Shown: positions 26,939 through 37,606, counted from the first letter of the stretch. The stretch is DNA of 64,000 nucleotides from Desulfobacteraceae bacterium Eth-SRB2 (GCA_004193595.1 RPGQ01000080.1:132307-196306); one strand, 5' to 3'. The notes: generated from the letters alone by a model not told the origin. Translations and numbers: made by a program.

Positions 26939-28354
26939 TTATATGACGGCAGCCACCGCTTCTTGGGCAAAATCGATAAATCCCTGGGGAAAGGTTCCAA
27001 GATAAAGAATGACCACGATGAAAAAGATTCCTAAAAGGGTTGTGGAAAACTTCAAGCGGATTTTTGGCATGGGGGATTGGACGCTGGAATAGGACGCCCT
27101 CACCATCTTCAAATAGTAAAACACCGCAACACCGGTATTGATGACCGCCAGAATGACCAGCGCGTACATGTCCTTTTTAATTGCAGCGGTAAACAGGAAA
27201 AGTTTTCCGGTAAACCCGATGGTAGGGGGGATGCCGGCCATGCCGAAGGCGCCCACGGCCAGGGTAAAAGCCAGCAGGGGCGACCGCTTGTATAGCCCCT
27301 TAAGGTCATCAAAACTGATGTTTTCCCCGTTGGGAGCCAGGTTGTATATGACGAAAAAGCAGGCCAGATTCATCACAAGATAACCGGCGATATAATAAAT
27401 GCCGGAGACAAACCCGAGTTCAGTGGCACAAACCAGACCCACCATGATATAGCCCGCATGGGCGATGCTGGAGTATGCCAGAAGACGCTTGATATCGTCC
27501 TGCACCAGTGCCGACAGATTTCCAAAGGTCATGGAGAGCACGGCAAGGATGGCCAGGACCCAGGCAAACTGGCCCGAATCCACGCCGGCCAAAAAAATCA
27601 GCCGGATCAACAGGGCAACGGCCCCCACCTTGGGAAGGGTGGCCACAAAAGCTGACGTCTCGTTGGCCGCCCCCTCGTACACATCCGGAGCCCAGAAGTG
27701 CATGGGAAAAAGCGCCAGCTTGTAAAAAAAGCCGCAAAGCAGCATAACCAGACCGATCATTATGAGAGGCTTTTTAAAGATCATGCCCGGAATGATAGTT
27801 ACCAGATCGGCAAGATAGGTGGTGTGGGTCATGCCAAAGATATAGCTTATCCCATAAAGGGTGATGCCCGATGCCGCCGCACCGAAAAGCACATACTTGA
27901 TTCCGGCTTCCATGGGCTTCCGGTACGCCCCGTGTTTCCGGAACGGAATGATGATAAAAAGGGCAAAAGAAGCGATCTCGAGACACAGGATGATGGTAAT
28001 CAGTTCCACCGCGCTGCTCATGCATGCCAGACCGAAAGCGCTCAGCGTAAGGAAAAAATAATACTCGGGTTTAAGGGTGTTGCCGATGCCGGACAGACCC
28101 TCTCCCAGATAAATTACGATAAACAGCCCCAAGGTGATGATGATCTTGAATAGTTGTGAAAACGCATCAACGCGGTAAGCGTCAAAGAAAAGGGTGCCTT
28201 CCTGTCCATAAGTATATACGGATGCCGCCACAGCCAGCGCGGACAGGAACAGCCCCATTCCTTGCAGTTGGTTCTGGCTCGGCTTTGCCAACGACACAGA
28301 AAAAAAGACCAGAATCATAACGATCAATGCCAGTTCGGGTAGAAACAATATCAT
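26939..28354 (-). CDS. nuoN: NADH-quinone oxidoreductase subunit N
   Basis: 471-aa polytopic antiporter-like protein, last in the nuo cluster, with NuoN-like motifs (LLAYSSIAHAGY). Confidence 0.85.
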   Translation of the reverse strand: MILFLPELALIVMILVFFSVSLAKPSQNQLQGMGLFLSALAVAASVYTYGQEGTLFFDAYRVDAFSQLFKIIITLGLFIVIYLGEGLSGIGNTLKPEYYFFLTLSAFGLACMSSAVELITIILCLEIASFALFIIIPFRKHGAYRKPMEAGIKYVLFGAAASGITLYGISYIFGMTHTTYLADLVTIIPGMIFKKPLIMIGLVMLLCGFFYKLALFPMHFWAPDVYEGAANETSAFVATLPKVGAVALLIRLIFLAGVDSGQFAWVLAILAVLSMTFGNLSALVQDDIKRLLAYSSIAHAGYIMVGLVCATELGFVSGIYYIAGYLVMNLACFFVIYNLAPNGENISFDDLKGLYKRSPLLAFTLAVGAFGMAGIPPTIGFTGKLFLFTAAIKKDMYALVILAVINTGVAVFYYLKMVRASYSSVQSPMPKIRLKFSTTLLGIFFIVVILYLGTFPQGFIDFAQEAVAAVI

Positions 28355-28389
28355 TCGATAATTTTTAAAAACTCCTTTTTACGCGTTTA

Positions 28390-29970
28390 TTAATGGTTAA
28401 ACGCCAACAGGTTTTTAACCATCTCACCCAACCCGTTCAGGACCGCATGATGCCCGGCCGGAGACGCGTGCATGCCGGACTCCACCTGTTTGACCAGATG
28501 GACGGTGCTGGCATCCATAACCTCCAGCAAGGGGGTGGGATGAAATCCGATCCAGAACACAAAAATGGTGAGAAACATCAGGGTTGCCGTCTCCCGGAAA
28601 TTCAGGTCAAACAATTCTGAACGAGCCCCGGAGTGCCGGTGCCCGTCCGAATCCGCCCAGACCATCTTTTGAACCAGTCGGAGCATATAGGCCGCTGCCA
28701 GGATTGCCCCCACCACGGCAAAACCGCCCACGATCTTGTACTTGGTGAAGCAGGCAATAAGAACCAGCAATTCTCCGACAAAGCTGTTGGTTCCCGGAAA
28801 TGCCAGGGACGACAGGGAGAAGATCACCAGAAAGCTCACATATATGGGCATCATGATCCCCAGGGCGGAATTGTCTGTAATCTCTCTGCTGTGGGTCCGC
28901 TCATAGATCATCCCCACAAGGATAAACAGAGCCCCCGTGGTGATGCCGTGGTTTACCATCTGCAAAATAGCGCCTTTGATTCCCACATTGTTGAGAAGAA
29001 AAATTCCCAGGGTGACAAACCCCATATGGCCCACGCTGGAGTAAGCAATCAGCCGCTTGACATCGCTCTGACCCAGGGCAAGATACCCGCCAAAAATAAT
29101 CGATAGTATGGAAACCGCAATCAAATAGGGCATGCAGGTAACCGTGGCCGCGGGCGCTATGGGAAGGCAGAACCGCAAAAACCCGTACCCTCCCATTTTA
29201 AGCAGAATACTTGCCAGAATAACGCTTCCCGCCGTGGGCGCCTCTACATGAGCTGCGGGCAGCCAGGTATGCACGGGAAACATGGGAACCTTTATTGCAA
29301 AGGCCAGGGTAAACGCCAAAAAGATCCATATCTGGTAACTAAAACTATAGGAGTGTGTCATTAACTCGGGTATAAAAAAGGTGCCGGTGGTCACGTAAAG
29401 CGCTATGATGGCCACAAAAAGAAATATGCTTCCGATCAAAGTGTATAGAAAAAACTTAATGGAAGCATAGTCTTTGCGCGGTCCGCCCCATACGGCAATA
29501 ATCAGGTACATGGGAACCAGCATGGCCTCCCAGAAAATGAAAAAAAGAACCATGTTGAGACTGATAAACACCCCGATCATGGAGGCTTCAATAAAGAGCA
29601 AAACGAATATGAACTCTTTAAATCGCTCTTTTATGTAAGTCCATGAGCAAAGGATGCACAGCGGCATCACCAAAGTGGTGAGAAGCACCAACAGAACGCT
29701 GATTCCGTCCACACCCAATACATAGCCGATATTTACAAACGGAATCCAGTTTCCGGACTCGGCAAACTGATATTTTGCCGTTGTCAGATCAAAAGAAAAA
29801 AACAGGGGCAATGACAGCACCGCGGTAACAACCATCACCAGCAAGCCCCAGATTTTCAGGTTCCGGTCCCCCCGTATCCCAAGGGTTATAAATGCCCCGA
29901 ACAACGGAAGCGCCACCAGAACCGTCAGAATAGGATACCATAAGGTATTATAGATCAAATATTGTTCCAT
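28390..29970 (-). CDS. nuoM: NADH-quinone oxidoreductase subunit M
   Basis: 526 aa. HTWLPAAHVEAPTAGSVILA and LIAYSSVGHMGF motifs. Confidence 0.85.
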   Translation of the reverse strand: MEQYLIYNTLWYPILTVLVALPLFGAFITLGIRGDRNLKIWGLLVMVVTAVLSLPLFFSFDLTTAKYQFAESGNWIPFVNIGYVLGVDGISVLLVLLTTLVMPLCILCSWTYIKERFKEFIFVLLFIEASMIGVFISLNMVLFFIFWEAMLVPMYLIIAVWGGPRKDYASIKFFLYTLIGSIFLFVAIIALYVTTGTFFIPELMTHSYSFSYQIWIFLAFTLAFAIKVPMFPVHTWLPAAHVEAPTAGSVILASILLKMGGYGFLRFCLPIAPAATVTCMPYLIAVSILSIIFGGYLALGQSDVKRLIAYSSVGHMGFVTLGIFLLNNVGIKGAILQMVNHGITTGALFILVGMIYERTHSREITDNSALGIMMPIYVSFLVIFSLSSLAFPGTNSFVGELLVLIACFTKYKIVGGFAVVGAILAAAYMLRLVQKMVWADSDGHRHSGARSELFDLNFRETATLMFLTIFVFWIGFHPTPLLEVMDASTVHLVKQVESGMHASPAGHHAVLNGLGEMVKNLLAFNH

Positions 29971-30005
29971 ACACGAGTTGTCCTCGATCTACGAAAATTT
30001 ACGCC

Positions 30006-31772
30006 TTATACCAATAACACCAGGATTAATACGATAAAGGTTATGGCCACGGCACCGCCGATATAATGCTGTATCTTCCCGGTCATGAACGTCCTGAGCT
30101 TGTCGCCGCCCTTAACCACCCCCCGTGCGGAGCCGTCGATCACCCAGTCAATGCCTTCCCAGTCAAACCAGGATAAGGCCCTGGCAAACGCCAGCGTCAT
30201 CTTAAACCCCACGGTCCGATACACTTGGTTTGCCCAGTTATTGACCGCATCAACCGGCCGGGAAGCGATCCACATAAATACTCCGGCGCCCTTGCGGTAG
30301 AACCAGTCAAGGTCCAGGTTCATTTTGGGTGCGGGGGTAAGTTTTTTAACCATGATGTAAAAGCCCAGGCCGGTAAATCCCATGAGTTGCAACGTCTCGG
30401 AAAGATGGTAAGCCGTATAGGGATGATAAGAAACCGGAAACGGAAGCATTTTGTAAAGATATTCGGGATAAACTCCCATGAAAAAGCACAGAAAAGCCGC
30501 AATGGCCATCCCCAGGTTCATATTCCACGGGGCCTCTTTGGCCGGAACCCCGGAATCTTTTCCGAACCAGATAAAATACGGAAGTTTGATGCCCACGGAC
30601 AGAAAGGTCCCCACGGAAGCCAGGGTCATCATGAGCATCAAAACCGTCCGGTGACTTTCGCCCGCAGCGGCGATAATCATGGATTTGCTGATGAAACCGC
30701 TGGTAAGGGGAAACCCCGAGATGGATATCCCTCCGATAACCGTAAAAATCATGGCCCAGGGCATGCGTTTATATAATCCGCCCAGCTCATTGAGTTTGGA
30801 TTTTCCGGTCATCTCCAGCACCGCCCCGGCCCCCATAAACAGCAGGGCTTTGTAAATGATATGGGCATACGCGTGGGCACAGGCCCCGTTAACGGACATG
30901 GCCGTCCCGATTCCCACCCCGCAAACCATGTATCCCACCTGGGATACAATATGATACGCAAGAATGCGTCTGGCATCGTTTTCCACCACAGCGTATCCCA
31001 CACCGTAAAGGGTCATGACCGCTCCCAGTATGGCCAGGGCCTCAAACCCCGGGAACGCCCGCGCCAAAACATAAACCGCGGTTTTTGTGGTAAAGGCGCA
31101 CATGAACACCGCACCGGTCACCGACGCTTCGGGATACGCATCCGGAAGCCATGCATGGATCGGGGGAACCGCGGCATTTAGCATAAAGCCGATCATAATC
31201 AGATAGTCGGCCACGGTAGCCCCTTCCACGGCAATGCGTACAAAACTCAAATCGTGGACATTTTTATACCGCAGAAAAATACCCGCCAGAAGGATCAGCC
31301 CCCCGGCCACGTGAACCAGCAGGTATCTGTATCCGGCCTGGACCGATCGTTTCTTCTTCCGGTACCAGATCAGAAAGGTTGATGCCACGGCCATGAGTTC
31401 CCAGAAAATGAACAAGGTCAAATAATCGCCGCAAAGGGTGACCCCCAGGGAACCGGCCACATAAAGAAAGGCGGCAATATGCTGGCCCGTCTCTTTGACA
31501 TGCAGCCCGTAAATACACCCGATAAGGGCCATGAGGGTAAACACGTGGAGAAACACCCGTGTCAACGGGTCCACTCTCCCGAAAACCAGGTCGAACCCCA
31601 GATACGAAACCTGGCCGAAACTTTCGGGCAGCCACTGAATCTGGAAAAACGCGATGAGCGGAACGGCCACGAGAACCACTTTCATCAGCCCCATTCGTTT
31701 GAAAACGGGCAGAAAAAAGGCTCCCATAAGAAACCAGGTGGCCGGATGCATAAAAATCGTACTATTTATCAT
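30006..31772 (-). CDS. nuoL: NuoL-like antiporter subunit with a C-terminal lateral-helix/anchor extension
   Basis: 588 aa. MrpD/NuoL-type core (HAWLPDAYPEASVTGAVFM, ILAYHIVSQVGYM), plus a C-terminal amphipathic segment IDWVIDGSARGVVKGGDKLRTFMTGKIQHYIGG followed by a final TM, as in NuoL. Confidence 0.75.
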   Translation of the reverse strand: MINSTIFMHPATWFLMGAFFLPVFKRMGLMKVVLVAVPLIAFFQIQWLPESFGQVSYLGFDLVFGRVDPLTRVFLHVFTLMALIGCIYGLHVKETGQHIAAFLYVAGSLGVTLCGDYLTLFIFWELMAVASTFLIWYRKKKRSVQAGYRYLLVHVAGGLILLAGIFLRYKNVHDLSFVRIAVEGATVADYLIMIGFMLNAAVPPIHAWLPDAYPEASVTGAVFMCAFTTKTAVYVLARAFPGFEALAILGAVMTLYGVGYAVVENDARRILAYHIVSQVGYMVCGVGIGTAMSVNGACAHAYAHIIYKALLFMGAGAVLEMTGKSKLNELGGLYKRMPWAMIFTVIGGISISGFPLTSGFISKSMIIAAAGESHRTVLMLMMTLASVGTFLSVGIKLPYFIWFGKDSGVPAKEAPWNMNLGMAIAAFLCFFMGVYPEYLYKMLPFPVSYHPYTAYHLSETLQLMGFTGLGFYIMVKKLTPAPKMNLDLDWFYRKGAGVFMWIASRPVDAVNNWANQVYRTVGFKMTLAFARALSWFDWEGIDWVIDGSARGVVKGGDKLRTFMTGKIQHYIGGAVAITFIVLILVLLV

Positions 31773-32010
31773 AATAATCTTCCTCTTTCTCTAACCAGAC
31801 ATGAGAAAGACCTTTGCACACGACAATCATACCCAGACATCCCAGGATTCCAAACACAGACCAGAACCCCATGATTAAATCGCCGAAAAAATGCGTGCCA
31901 TGCCGTTTTACAAAGAAATCGTAGGCCACCGTCACCAGCAAAAAGGCAAAGAACAGCCGTTTCAACACCTGCGAATGTTTATTTAAATACTCAAGTATTC
32001 TTTTCATCAT
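31762..32010 (-). CDS. Small two-TM membrane protein inside the nuo operon
   Basis: 82 aa, translationally coupled on both sides. No family was recognised. Confidence 0.5.
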   Translation of the reverse strand: MMKRILEYLNKHSQVLKRLFFAFLLVTVAYDFFVKRHGTHFFGDLIMGFWSVFGILGCLGMIVVCKGLSHVWLEKEEDYYDK

Positions 32011-33473
32011 CTTCCCAGCATTAAATTGATTATATTAATGAAAAAATCCGGATACACGCCGAACACTACGGAACCTAGGGCCGTTAAAAATAAAGGAATG
32101 ACCATAAACATAATCAACGGAGAGCCCTCAAGGAACCTGCCGTCAGTGGTGTCTCCGGGCAGCGGTTTCCCGAAAAACGACGTGAAAAAGACCGGAACAA
32201 AATACCCGGCATTGAGCAGGCTGCTCACCAGGATTACGGTCAGAAGAATCATATTATGAACATCAAGGGTGCCCAAAGCCAGATACCATTTGGTCACAAA
32301 CCCGCTGACCGGCGGGACTCCGATCATGCTCAAAGAAGCAAGACCAAAGGCAACCATGGTAAAGGGCATGCGCCATCCCACCCCGCCCATCTCCGAGATA
32401 TCTTTTTTTCGTGTGGCAACGAAAATGGCGCCCGCACAAAAAAACAGGGTGATTTTGGCGAATGCGTGGTTGGTAATATGGATAAGCCCGCCGGTAATAC
32501 TGTTGGGCGTCAGCATGGCCACGCCCAGAATAATATAGGAAAGCTGGCTCACCGTGGAGTACGCCAGCCGCATCTTAAGATTGTTTTTGGTCAATGCCAC
32601 CACCGATGCCGTGATAATGGTAAAAGACGCCAGGTAGGCGGTAAAGGTTCCCAGACCCAGAATGTCGAGCAGGTTCACCCCGAAGACCGAGAGCATCACT
32701 CTGGCCGTGCAAAACACCCCCACTTTAACTACAACCACCGCATGGAGAAGGGCGGAGACCGGGGTCGGGGCCACCATGGCCGCAGGGAGCCAGCCGTGTG
32801 TGGACTATCCCGCGTGCGTTTCGATCAGTTGTTGAAGTTTGCGTGTTGATATCTGGTGCCCTTCTCTTTGAGATTCAATATTTTGATAACAGCGGTGAAA
32901 TTATTAAGCTGTAAAGGCGCTATTTTTCAGATCTGTTTGTCGGCGGAAAGAGCCGCAGTTGAGGACTGACCTGGTGACCCTTAAGGCATTATTGCCAACT
33001 ATGGTTACCGTTCAGTATCAGGAGATCGATATTACGCCGAATTTTCAGAATAGAAGTGATCTTGTCCTGGATCGGAAATACGTTCCGGTGTATCGCCTGT
33101 GGAATATTGTGAGCGATCAAATTGTCCCTCGAGGTGTATGTGCATGCTCGTCCAGCCCGCGCATATATCCAACGCAGTAAAATCCCGCCATAATCCACAG
33201 AAAGGAAGAGGTTCCGGCAAATAGTATGCCAAGACCGTCCAGATGAAATTTGACACTGACCCCGGGATAAAGGGTGAATAACGTATATTCGTAAGATCCC
33301 TTTGCAAGAACATGCGGCAACACGTGTAGAACAGAAAGGAAGGTGAGCACCGCCCCGAATACGGAAAATGTCTCCCTTAAATTGGGTCTGTTCTTGGATC
33401 CTATGATGAGAAGGGCCGTAATCATAGGGATCATCGGTGTCAAAATAATTTTGCCGGTTATAATTGTTTCCAT
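32007..33473 (-). pseudogene. Fourth antiporter-like (MrpD/NuoM-type) subunit gene, interrupted
   Basis: The N-terminal 110 aa (33145-33473, ...FLWIMAGFYCVGYMRGLDEH) and the C-terminal 260 aa (32007-32797, GWLPAAMVAPTPVSALLHAVVV...) are recognisable. The central part, about 120 aa, is missing and is replaced by unrelated sequence (see the repeat at 32799-33139). Confidence 0.7.
32799..33139 (+). repeat. Inverted, diverged copy of the nuoH-3'/nuoI-5' junction (source 34593-34933)
   Basis: The plus strand here aligns with the minus strand of 34593-34933 over about 341 bp at roughly 80-85% identity with small indels. Example: tggac.tatcc.cgcgtgcgtttcgatcagttgttgaa.tttgcgtg ... cgctatttttcagatctgtttgtcggcggaaagagcc ... 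atggttaccgttcagtatc ... gagatcgatattacgccgaatttt ... acgttccggtgtatcgcctgtggaat. Confidence 0.8.
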
Positions 33474-33531
33474 ATTTATTCCATAAAAGCGCCTAACATA
33501 AGCTAACGTCTACCCTATTTTACGGGGTCTG

Positions 33532-33852
33532 CTATCCTTGTAATTCTATAAGATCATCAGGATCGATTGAGTGATACTTACGAAAAACAGCAATGATAAA
33601 ACTCACCACAATCGCAGCCTCCGCTGCGGCGATACCCATAATGAACAAAGTGATCACCTGACCGGTGGCCGGATCCGGGGCAAGAAAGCGGTTGAACGCC
33701 ATGAAATTTATTCCGGCGCCGTTAAGTATCAGTTCGGTGGAAACCAGCATTCCAATAAAAGTTTTGTGCTGGATTAACCCATAGATGCCGACGATCAAAA
33801 GAAACACCGCCAGAATCAAATAGGTGTAAAGATTGTCACTGATAAATATCAT
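33532..33852 (-). CDS. nuoK: NADH-quinone oxidoreductase subunit K
   Basis: 106 aa with 3 TM helices and a NuoK-like sequence (ELILNGAGINFMAF). Confidence 0.85.
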   Translation of the reverse strand: MIFISDNLYTYLILAVFLLIVGIYGLIQHKTFIGMLVSTELILNGAGINFMAFNRFLAPDPATGQVITLFIMGIAAAEAAIVVSFIIAVFRKYHSIDPDDLIELQG

Positions 33853-34385
33853 GAGGATGGTTCCCCCTTGTTTTCCTGGCCTCCTCTGGCAAGGATTATC
33901 GCGCCCACAATGGCGATAAGAAGAATCACCGAAATCAACTCAAATGCAAGGCAATACTGATAGAGGAAGCTCTCCCCCAGATGCCTGGCCGAGAAATCTC
34001 TAACTTGGGCCGGTGCCGCTATCCATTCGGTCTTTAAGATGCTGATCATGAGAAGGAAAAAAGCGGCGGCCGCTGCGGATACGGCAAGAAATATATTTTT
34101 TCGGTCTTTAATGGTTTTTTCCGCGATCTCCGTGGGGGTGGATCCCACCATAATGCCGAAAATCAAAACAATGCAGACCGCCCCCACATAAATAAGAATC
34201 TGCATAAGGGTAAGGAACATGCTTCCCAGATAAAAATAGATGCCGGCAACTCCCAAAAGTGCCACGGCAAGACCTAAGACCGTATGCATAAGAATCCTTG
34301 CCCGGATGGTGATAAAACTTCCGGCAATGATCAGCAGCACGAATACTAAAAAGAGCCCTTCGGCAATGTACTGGTAAAACGTCAT
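33849..34385 (-). CDS. nuoJ: NADH-quinone oxidoreductase subunit J
   Basis: 178-aa membrane protein between nuoI and nuoK, with overlapping stop/start codons. Confidence 0.8.
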   Translation of the reverse strand: MTFYQYIAEGLFLVFVLLIIAGSFITIRARILMHTVLGLAVALLGVAGIYFYLGSMFLTLMQILIYVGAVCIVLIFGIMVGSTPTEIAEKTIKDRKNIFLAVSAAAAAFFLLMISILKTEWIAAPAQVRDFSARHLGESFLYQYCLAFELISVILLIAIVGAIILARGGQENKGEPSS

Positions 34386-34825
34386 ATGATCCGTTCCTCC
34401 AGTCGCTTGAGAATGTCATAGTGAAACGCCTCCCTGGAAAAGGCGGCAAGATTATATTCGTTGGAAAACTCCAGGGCCTGGGTGGGACAGATTTCCACAC
34501 AGGTTCCACAAAGGCTGCATTTTGTGAAATCCAGCGTAAAAAGGGACAATGTCTTTTTCTTTTTACCTTCCACCTTTTTACCCTTGATTTGGATACACTC
34601 GGAGGGACACGATCGCTCACACATTCCACAGGCGATACACCGGAACGTATTTTTCTCCGGATCCAGGACAAGATCAATATGCCCCCTAAAATTCGGCGTA
34701 ATATCGATCTCTTCCCTGGGATACTGAACGGTAACCATGGGTTGGCACAATGCCTTAAGGGTCACCACCAGGCCGTCCACCAGGCTCTTTCCGCCGACAA
34801 ACAGATCTGAAAAATAGCGCTTCAT
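34382..34825 (-). CDS. nuoI: NADH-quinone oxidoreductase subunit I (2x[4Fe-4S] ferredoxin)
   Basis: CIACGMCERSCP and CSLCGTCVEICP motifs. Confidence 0.9.
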   Translation of the reverse strand: MKRYFSDLFVGGKSLVDGLVVTLKALCQPMVTVQYPREEIDITPNFRGHIDLVLDPEKNTFRCIACGMCERSCPSECIQIKGKKVEGKKKKTLSLFTLDFTKCSLCGTCVEICPTQALEFSNEYNLAAFSREAFHYDILKRLEERII

Positions 34826-35805
34826 AGCTTAATTACCACCGCTGTTATCAAAATATTGACCAAAGAGAAGGGCACCAGATACTTCCACGCAAAATTCAAC
34901 AACTGATCGAAACGCACGCGGGGATAGGTCCACCGAATCATGATCATAAAAAACAACAGAAAATAAACCTTTAAGAAAAACCAGACAATGCCCAGATACT
35001 CGCCATAGGGCAGGGTTGGTCCGTGCCAGCCTCCTAAAAAAAGAACCGTTGCCACGGACGCCACGGTGAACATGTTGGTATATTCTCCGAGAAAAAAAAG
35101 CGAGAACCCCATACCGCTGTATTCGGTGTGGAATCCGGCGGTGAGTTCGCTTTCAGCTTCCGGAAGGTCGAAGGGCGCACGGTTGGTTTCAGCAACTCCG
35201 GAGATAATATAGATAATAAACGCAAGGGGCTGAAGCAGAATGAACCAGATTTTCTGCTGCGCTCCCACAATCTCCTTTAAGCTGAAGGTATTGGCCATAA
35301 GGACCACCGCAAGCATGGAGAGCAAAATCGGAATTTCGTAAGCAATGGACTGGGCCACGGCCCGCATGGCACCGAACATGGAATACTTGTTATTGGAGCC
35401 CCATCCGGCCACCAAAATCGCCATGACATTTATGGAGGTCATGGAGACGATGAACAGCAATCCCAGGTTAAGATCCCTTGCCTGGAGTTTTTCACTGAAG
35501 GGAATCACAAGAAGGGGCAGAATTACCGGTGTGAATGACAGAATGGGACCAAGCCTGAAAAGGGTGCGATCAACGTTCACGGGAACGAGCAACTCTTTGC
35601 CCACAAGTTTTACCCCGTCAACAACCAACTGTAAGATGCCGTGAGATCCCACCTCCATGGGGCCGGGGCGTCTCTGCACATGGCCTGCGATCTTTCGCTC
35701 CAGATAGCCCATCATAATGGCATTGAGAAAAATAAAGGAAATGATGATGATGACGGCGAACACCATCCGGATCAATTCAGGAGGTAATGTCGAGATGATT
35801 TCCAT
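34822..35805 (-). CDS. nuoH: NADH-quinone oxidoreductase subunit H
   Basis: 327 aa. GYLERKIAGHVQRRPGP and PFDLPEAESELTAGFHTEYSGM motifs. Confidence 0.9.
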   Translation of the reverse strand: MEIISTLPPELIRMVFAVIIIISFIFLNAIMMGYLERKIAGHVQRRPGPMEVGSHGILQLVVDGVKLVGKELLVPVNVDRTLFRLGPILSFTPVILPLLVIPFSEKLQARDLNLGLLFIVSMTSINVMAILVAGWGSNNKYSMFGAMRAVAQSIAYEIPILLSMLAVVLMANTFSLKEIVGAQQKIWFILLQPLAFIIYIISGVAETNRAPFDLPEAESELTAGFHTEYSGMGFSLFFLGEYTNMFTVASVATVLFLGGWHGPTLPYGEYLGIVWFFLKVYFLLFFMIMIRWTYPRVRFDQLLNFAWKYLVPFSLVNILITAVVIKL

Positions 35806-35930
35806 AAGTTAACGTTTCGTAAGTTCTACAACTTTTTGAAAATTCACGTTTATCAATTGCAAGCAGTATGCGCTAACCCCTAACTCCAGATCTAACAATA
35901 TAAGGGGCTATAATCATTGAATTATATATT

Positions 35931-37043
35931 CTATCGGTCTATTTCCGGTATCACCAGGTCCAGGCTGCCCATGATCGACACCAGGTCGGGAAGCAGAATT
36001 CCTTCACCCAGCTCCGGAAGACAGCTTAAGTTTGAATACGACGGAACCCTGATTTTTAAACGATAGGGAACCGAGGTTCCGTCACCCACCAGGTAGTAGG
36101 AAAGTTCTCCCCGGGCGGCTTCAACCGCAAAATTGCAGTCGCCGGGAGCAAGCTTGATTTTTTTAGGAACTTTGGACCGGACCGGACCGTCCGGCAGAGT
36201 GTCAAGGGCCTGTTCGACAATCCTTAAGCTCTGCTCCATTTCGCGAACCCGCACCATATATCTATCCAGACAGTCGCCTCTTTCTCCCACAGGCACTTCA
36301 AAGTCAAATTCGGGATAGACCGAGTAGGGTTCGTTTTTTCGGATATCATACGCGATGCCCGAACCCCTGAGATTCGGACCGGTTATACCGTATCGAATGG
36401 CCATGTCCGGGGAAATAATGCCGATGTTCTCTGCGCGCTTGATGAAGATAATATTTTTTGTCACCAGCTTTTCGTAAATATCGTAGCGCTTGCGCAGCCG
36501 TTTGATAAAGGCGCGGGTGGCTTCCACAAACTTGTCGTCGATATCCCGGTAAACGCCTCCGAAACGGTAGTAACAATAGGTGAGTCTGGAACCGGTCACA
36601 TCTTCCAGAATATCCAGGATATGTTCCCGGTCGTCAAATCCATAGAGGATCGGCGTAAAGGCCCCCAGGTCCAGAAGGTATGCCCCGAGCCATAGTAAAT
36701 GACTGGCCACCCGGTTCAATTCGGAAGTGATCACCCGGATATACTCCGCCCGTTTGGGCACCTCGATGCCCGCCTTTCTCTCGATAAGAGAAACATATCC
36801 ATGATTGTAGGGCAGCGCGCACACATAATCCATGCGTGCGGTATTGGGCATAAACCCCTGGCAGGGTCTGGACTCGCCCATCTTTTCGTGCATGCGGTGA
36901 ATAAAACCTAAGACCGGCTGCGGATCTAATACATACTCCCCGTCCATCTCCAGCACCACCAAAAGAACCCCGTGAGTACTGGGGTGCTGCGGTCCCATAT
37001 TTAAAAAAAATCGGTTGGGTTCCTGAAACTGTGATTCACGCAT
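35931..37043 (-). CDS. nuoD: NADH-quinone oxidoreductase subunit D
   Basis: 370 aa. NMGPQHPSTHGVL start and VIPEIDR end, typical of NuoD. Confidence 0.9.
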   Translation of the reverse strand: MRESQFQEPNRFFLNMGPQHPSTHGVLLVVLEMDGEYVLDPQPVLGFIHRMHEKMGESRPCQGFMPNTARMDYVCALPYNHGYVSLIERKAGIEVPKRAEYIRVITSELNRVASHLLWLGAYLLDLGAFTPILYGFDDREHILDILEDVTGSRLTYCYYRFGGVYRDIDDKFVEATRAFIKRLRKRYDIYEKLVTKNIIFIKRAENIGIISPDMAIRYGITGPNLRGSGIAYDIRKNEPYSVYPEFDFEVPVGERGDCLDRYMVRVREMEQSLRIVEQALDTLPDGPVRSKVPKKIKLAPGDCNFAVEAARGELSYYLVGDGTSVPYRLKIRVPSYSNLSCLPELGEGILLPDLVSIMGSLDLVIPEIDR

Positions 37044-37060
37044 AATCTATGGGTACATGA

Positions 37061-37606
37061 CTATAAGTCGGATGAGGTTTCGGTCTGGATATCGACCATA
37101 TCCGGACGTTGGGCCGGCCAGGAAACCTCCTCAAATGATTTTAGTTTTTTCTCTTCCTTTAGCAACGGATGAAAATCTTTGTCTTCTTCACAAAGAAGAA
37201 GGGGCTCAAGATTGGGATGGTCGCTGAACCGTATCCCATAAAAGTCACGGGTCTCTCGTTCATGCCAGTTTGCGCCCTGGTAAATATGGCATATGCTGGG
37301 AACGGTCATGTCCTCGGGCACGGAAACCCGGGCTTTAACGCGACAAAGCCGGTCAAACGTTGCGAACTGGTAAACCATCTCCAGTCCGGAAGTTTTGACC
37401 CCCTCCACGGTCTCGGGCAGGACATGAATCCCGGTGACAAAAACCAGGTAAAATCCGTGATCATAGGCGGTTTGAGCAAACTTTCGAACCGTGTCCACTG
37501 TCAGCACAACCTCCAGATGATACCCCCGCTGATGAAAGTCGGTCTCCGTGACATCACCCCCGAGATTCATCACATTGGTTTTGAAATCCTCATAGGTCCC
37601 CATCAT
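37061..37606 (-). CDS. nuoC: NADH-quinone oxidoreductase subunit C
   Basis: NuoC motif [20 protein letters not shown]. The start is set at MMGTYEDF (GGAG RBS, 4-nt overlap with nuoB). The longer ORF-track start overlaps nuoB. Confidence 0.8.
   Translation of the reverse strand: MMGTYEDFKTNVMNLGGDVTETDFHQRGYHLEVVLTVDTVRKFAQTAYDHGFYLVFVTGIHVLPETVEGVKTSGLEMVYQFATFDRLCRVKARVSVPEDMTVPSICHIYQGANWHERETRDFYGIRFSDHPNLEPLLLCEEDKDFHPLLKEEKKLKSFEEVSWPAQRPDMVDIQTETSSDL

Noticed and set aside
27077-32849. Many long ORFs (65-197 aa) antisense to or out of frame with nuoN, nuoM, nuoL and the antiporter-like gene (e.g. 27698-28153, 28633-29106, 30225-30776, 32256-32849)
   Set aside because: They overlap strongly supported membrane-subunit genes. 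Their products are low-complexity Arg/Gly/Pro/His-rich sequences typical of shadow frames in GC-rich coding DNA.
34108-34677. 189-aa ORF overlapping nuoJ and nuoI in another frame
   Set aside because: It lies on the same strand but out of frame with two well-supported nuo genes. It has no recognisable motifs.
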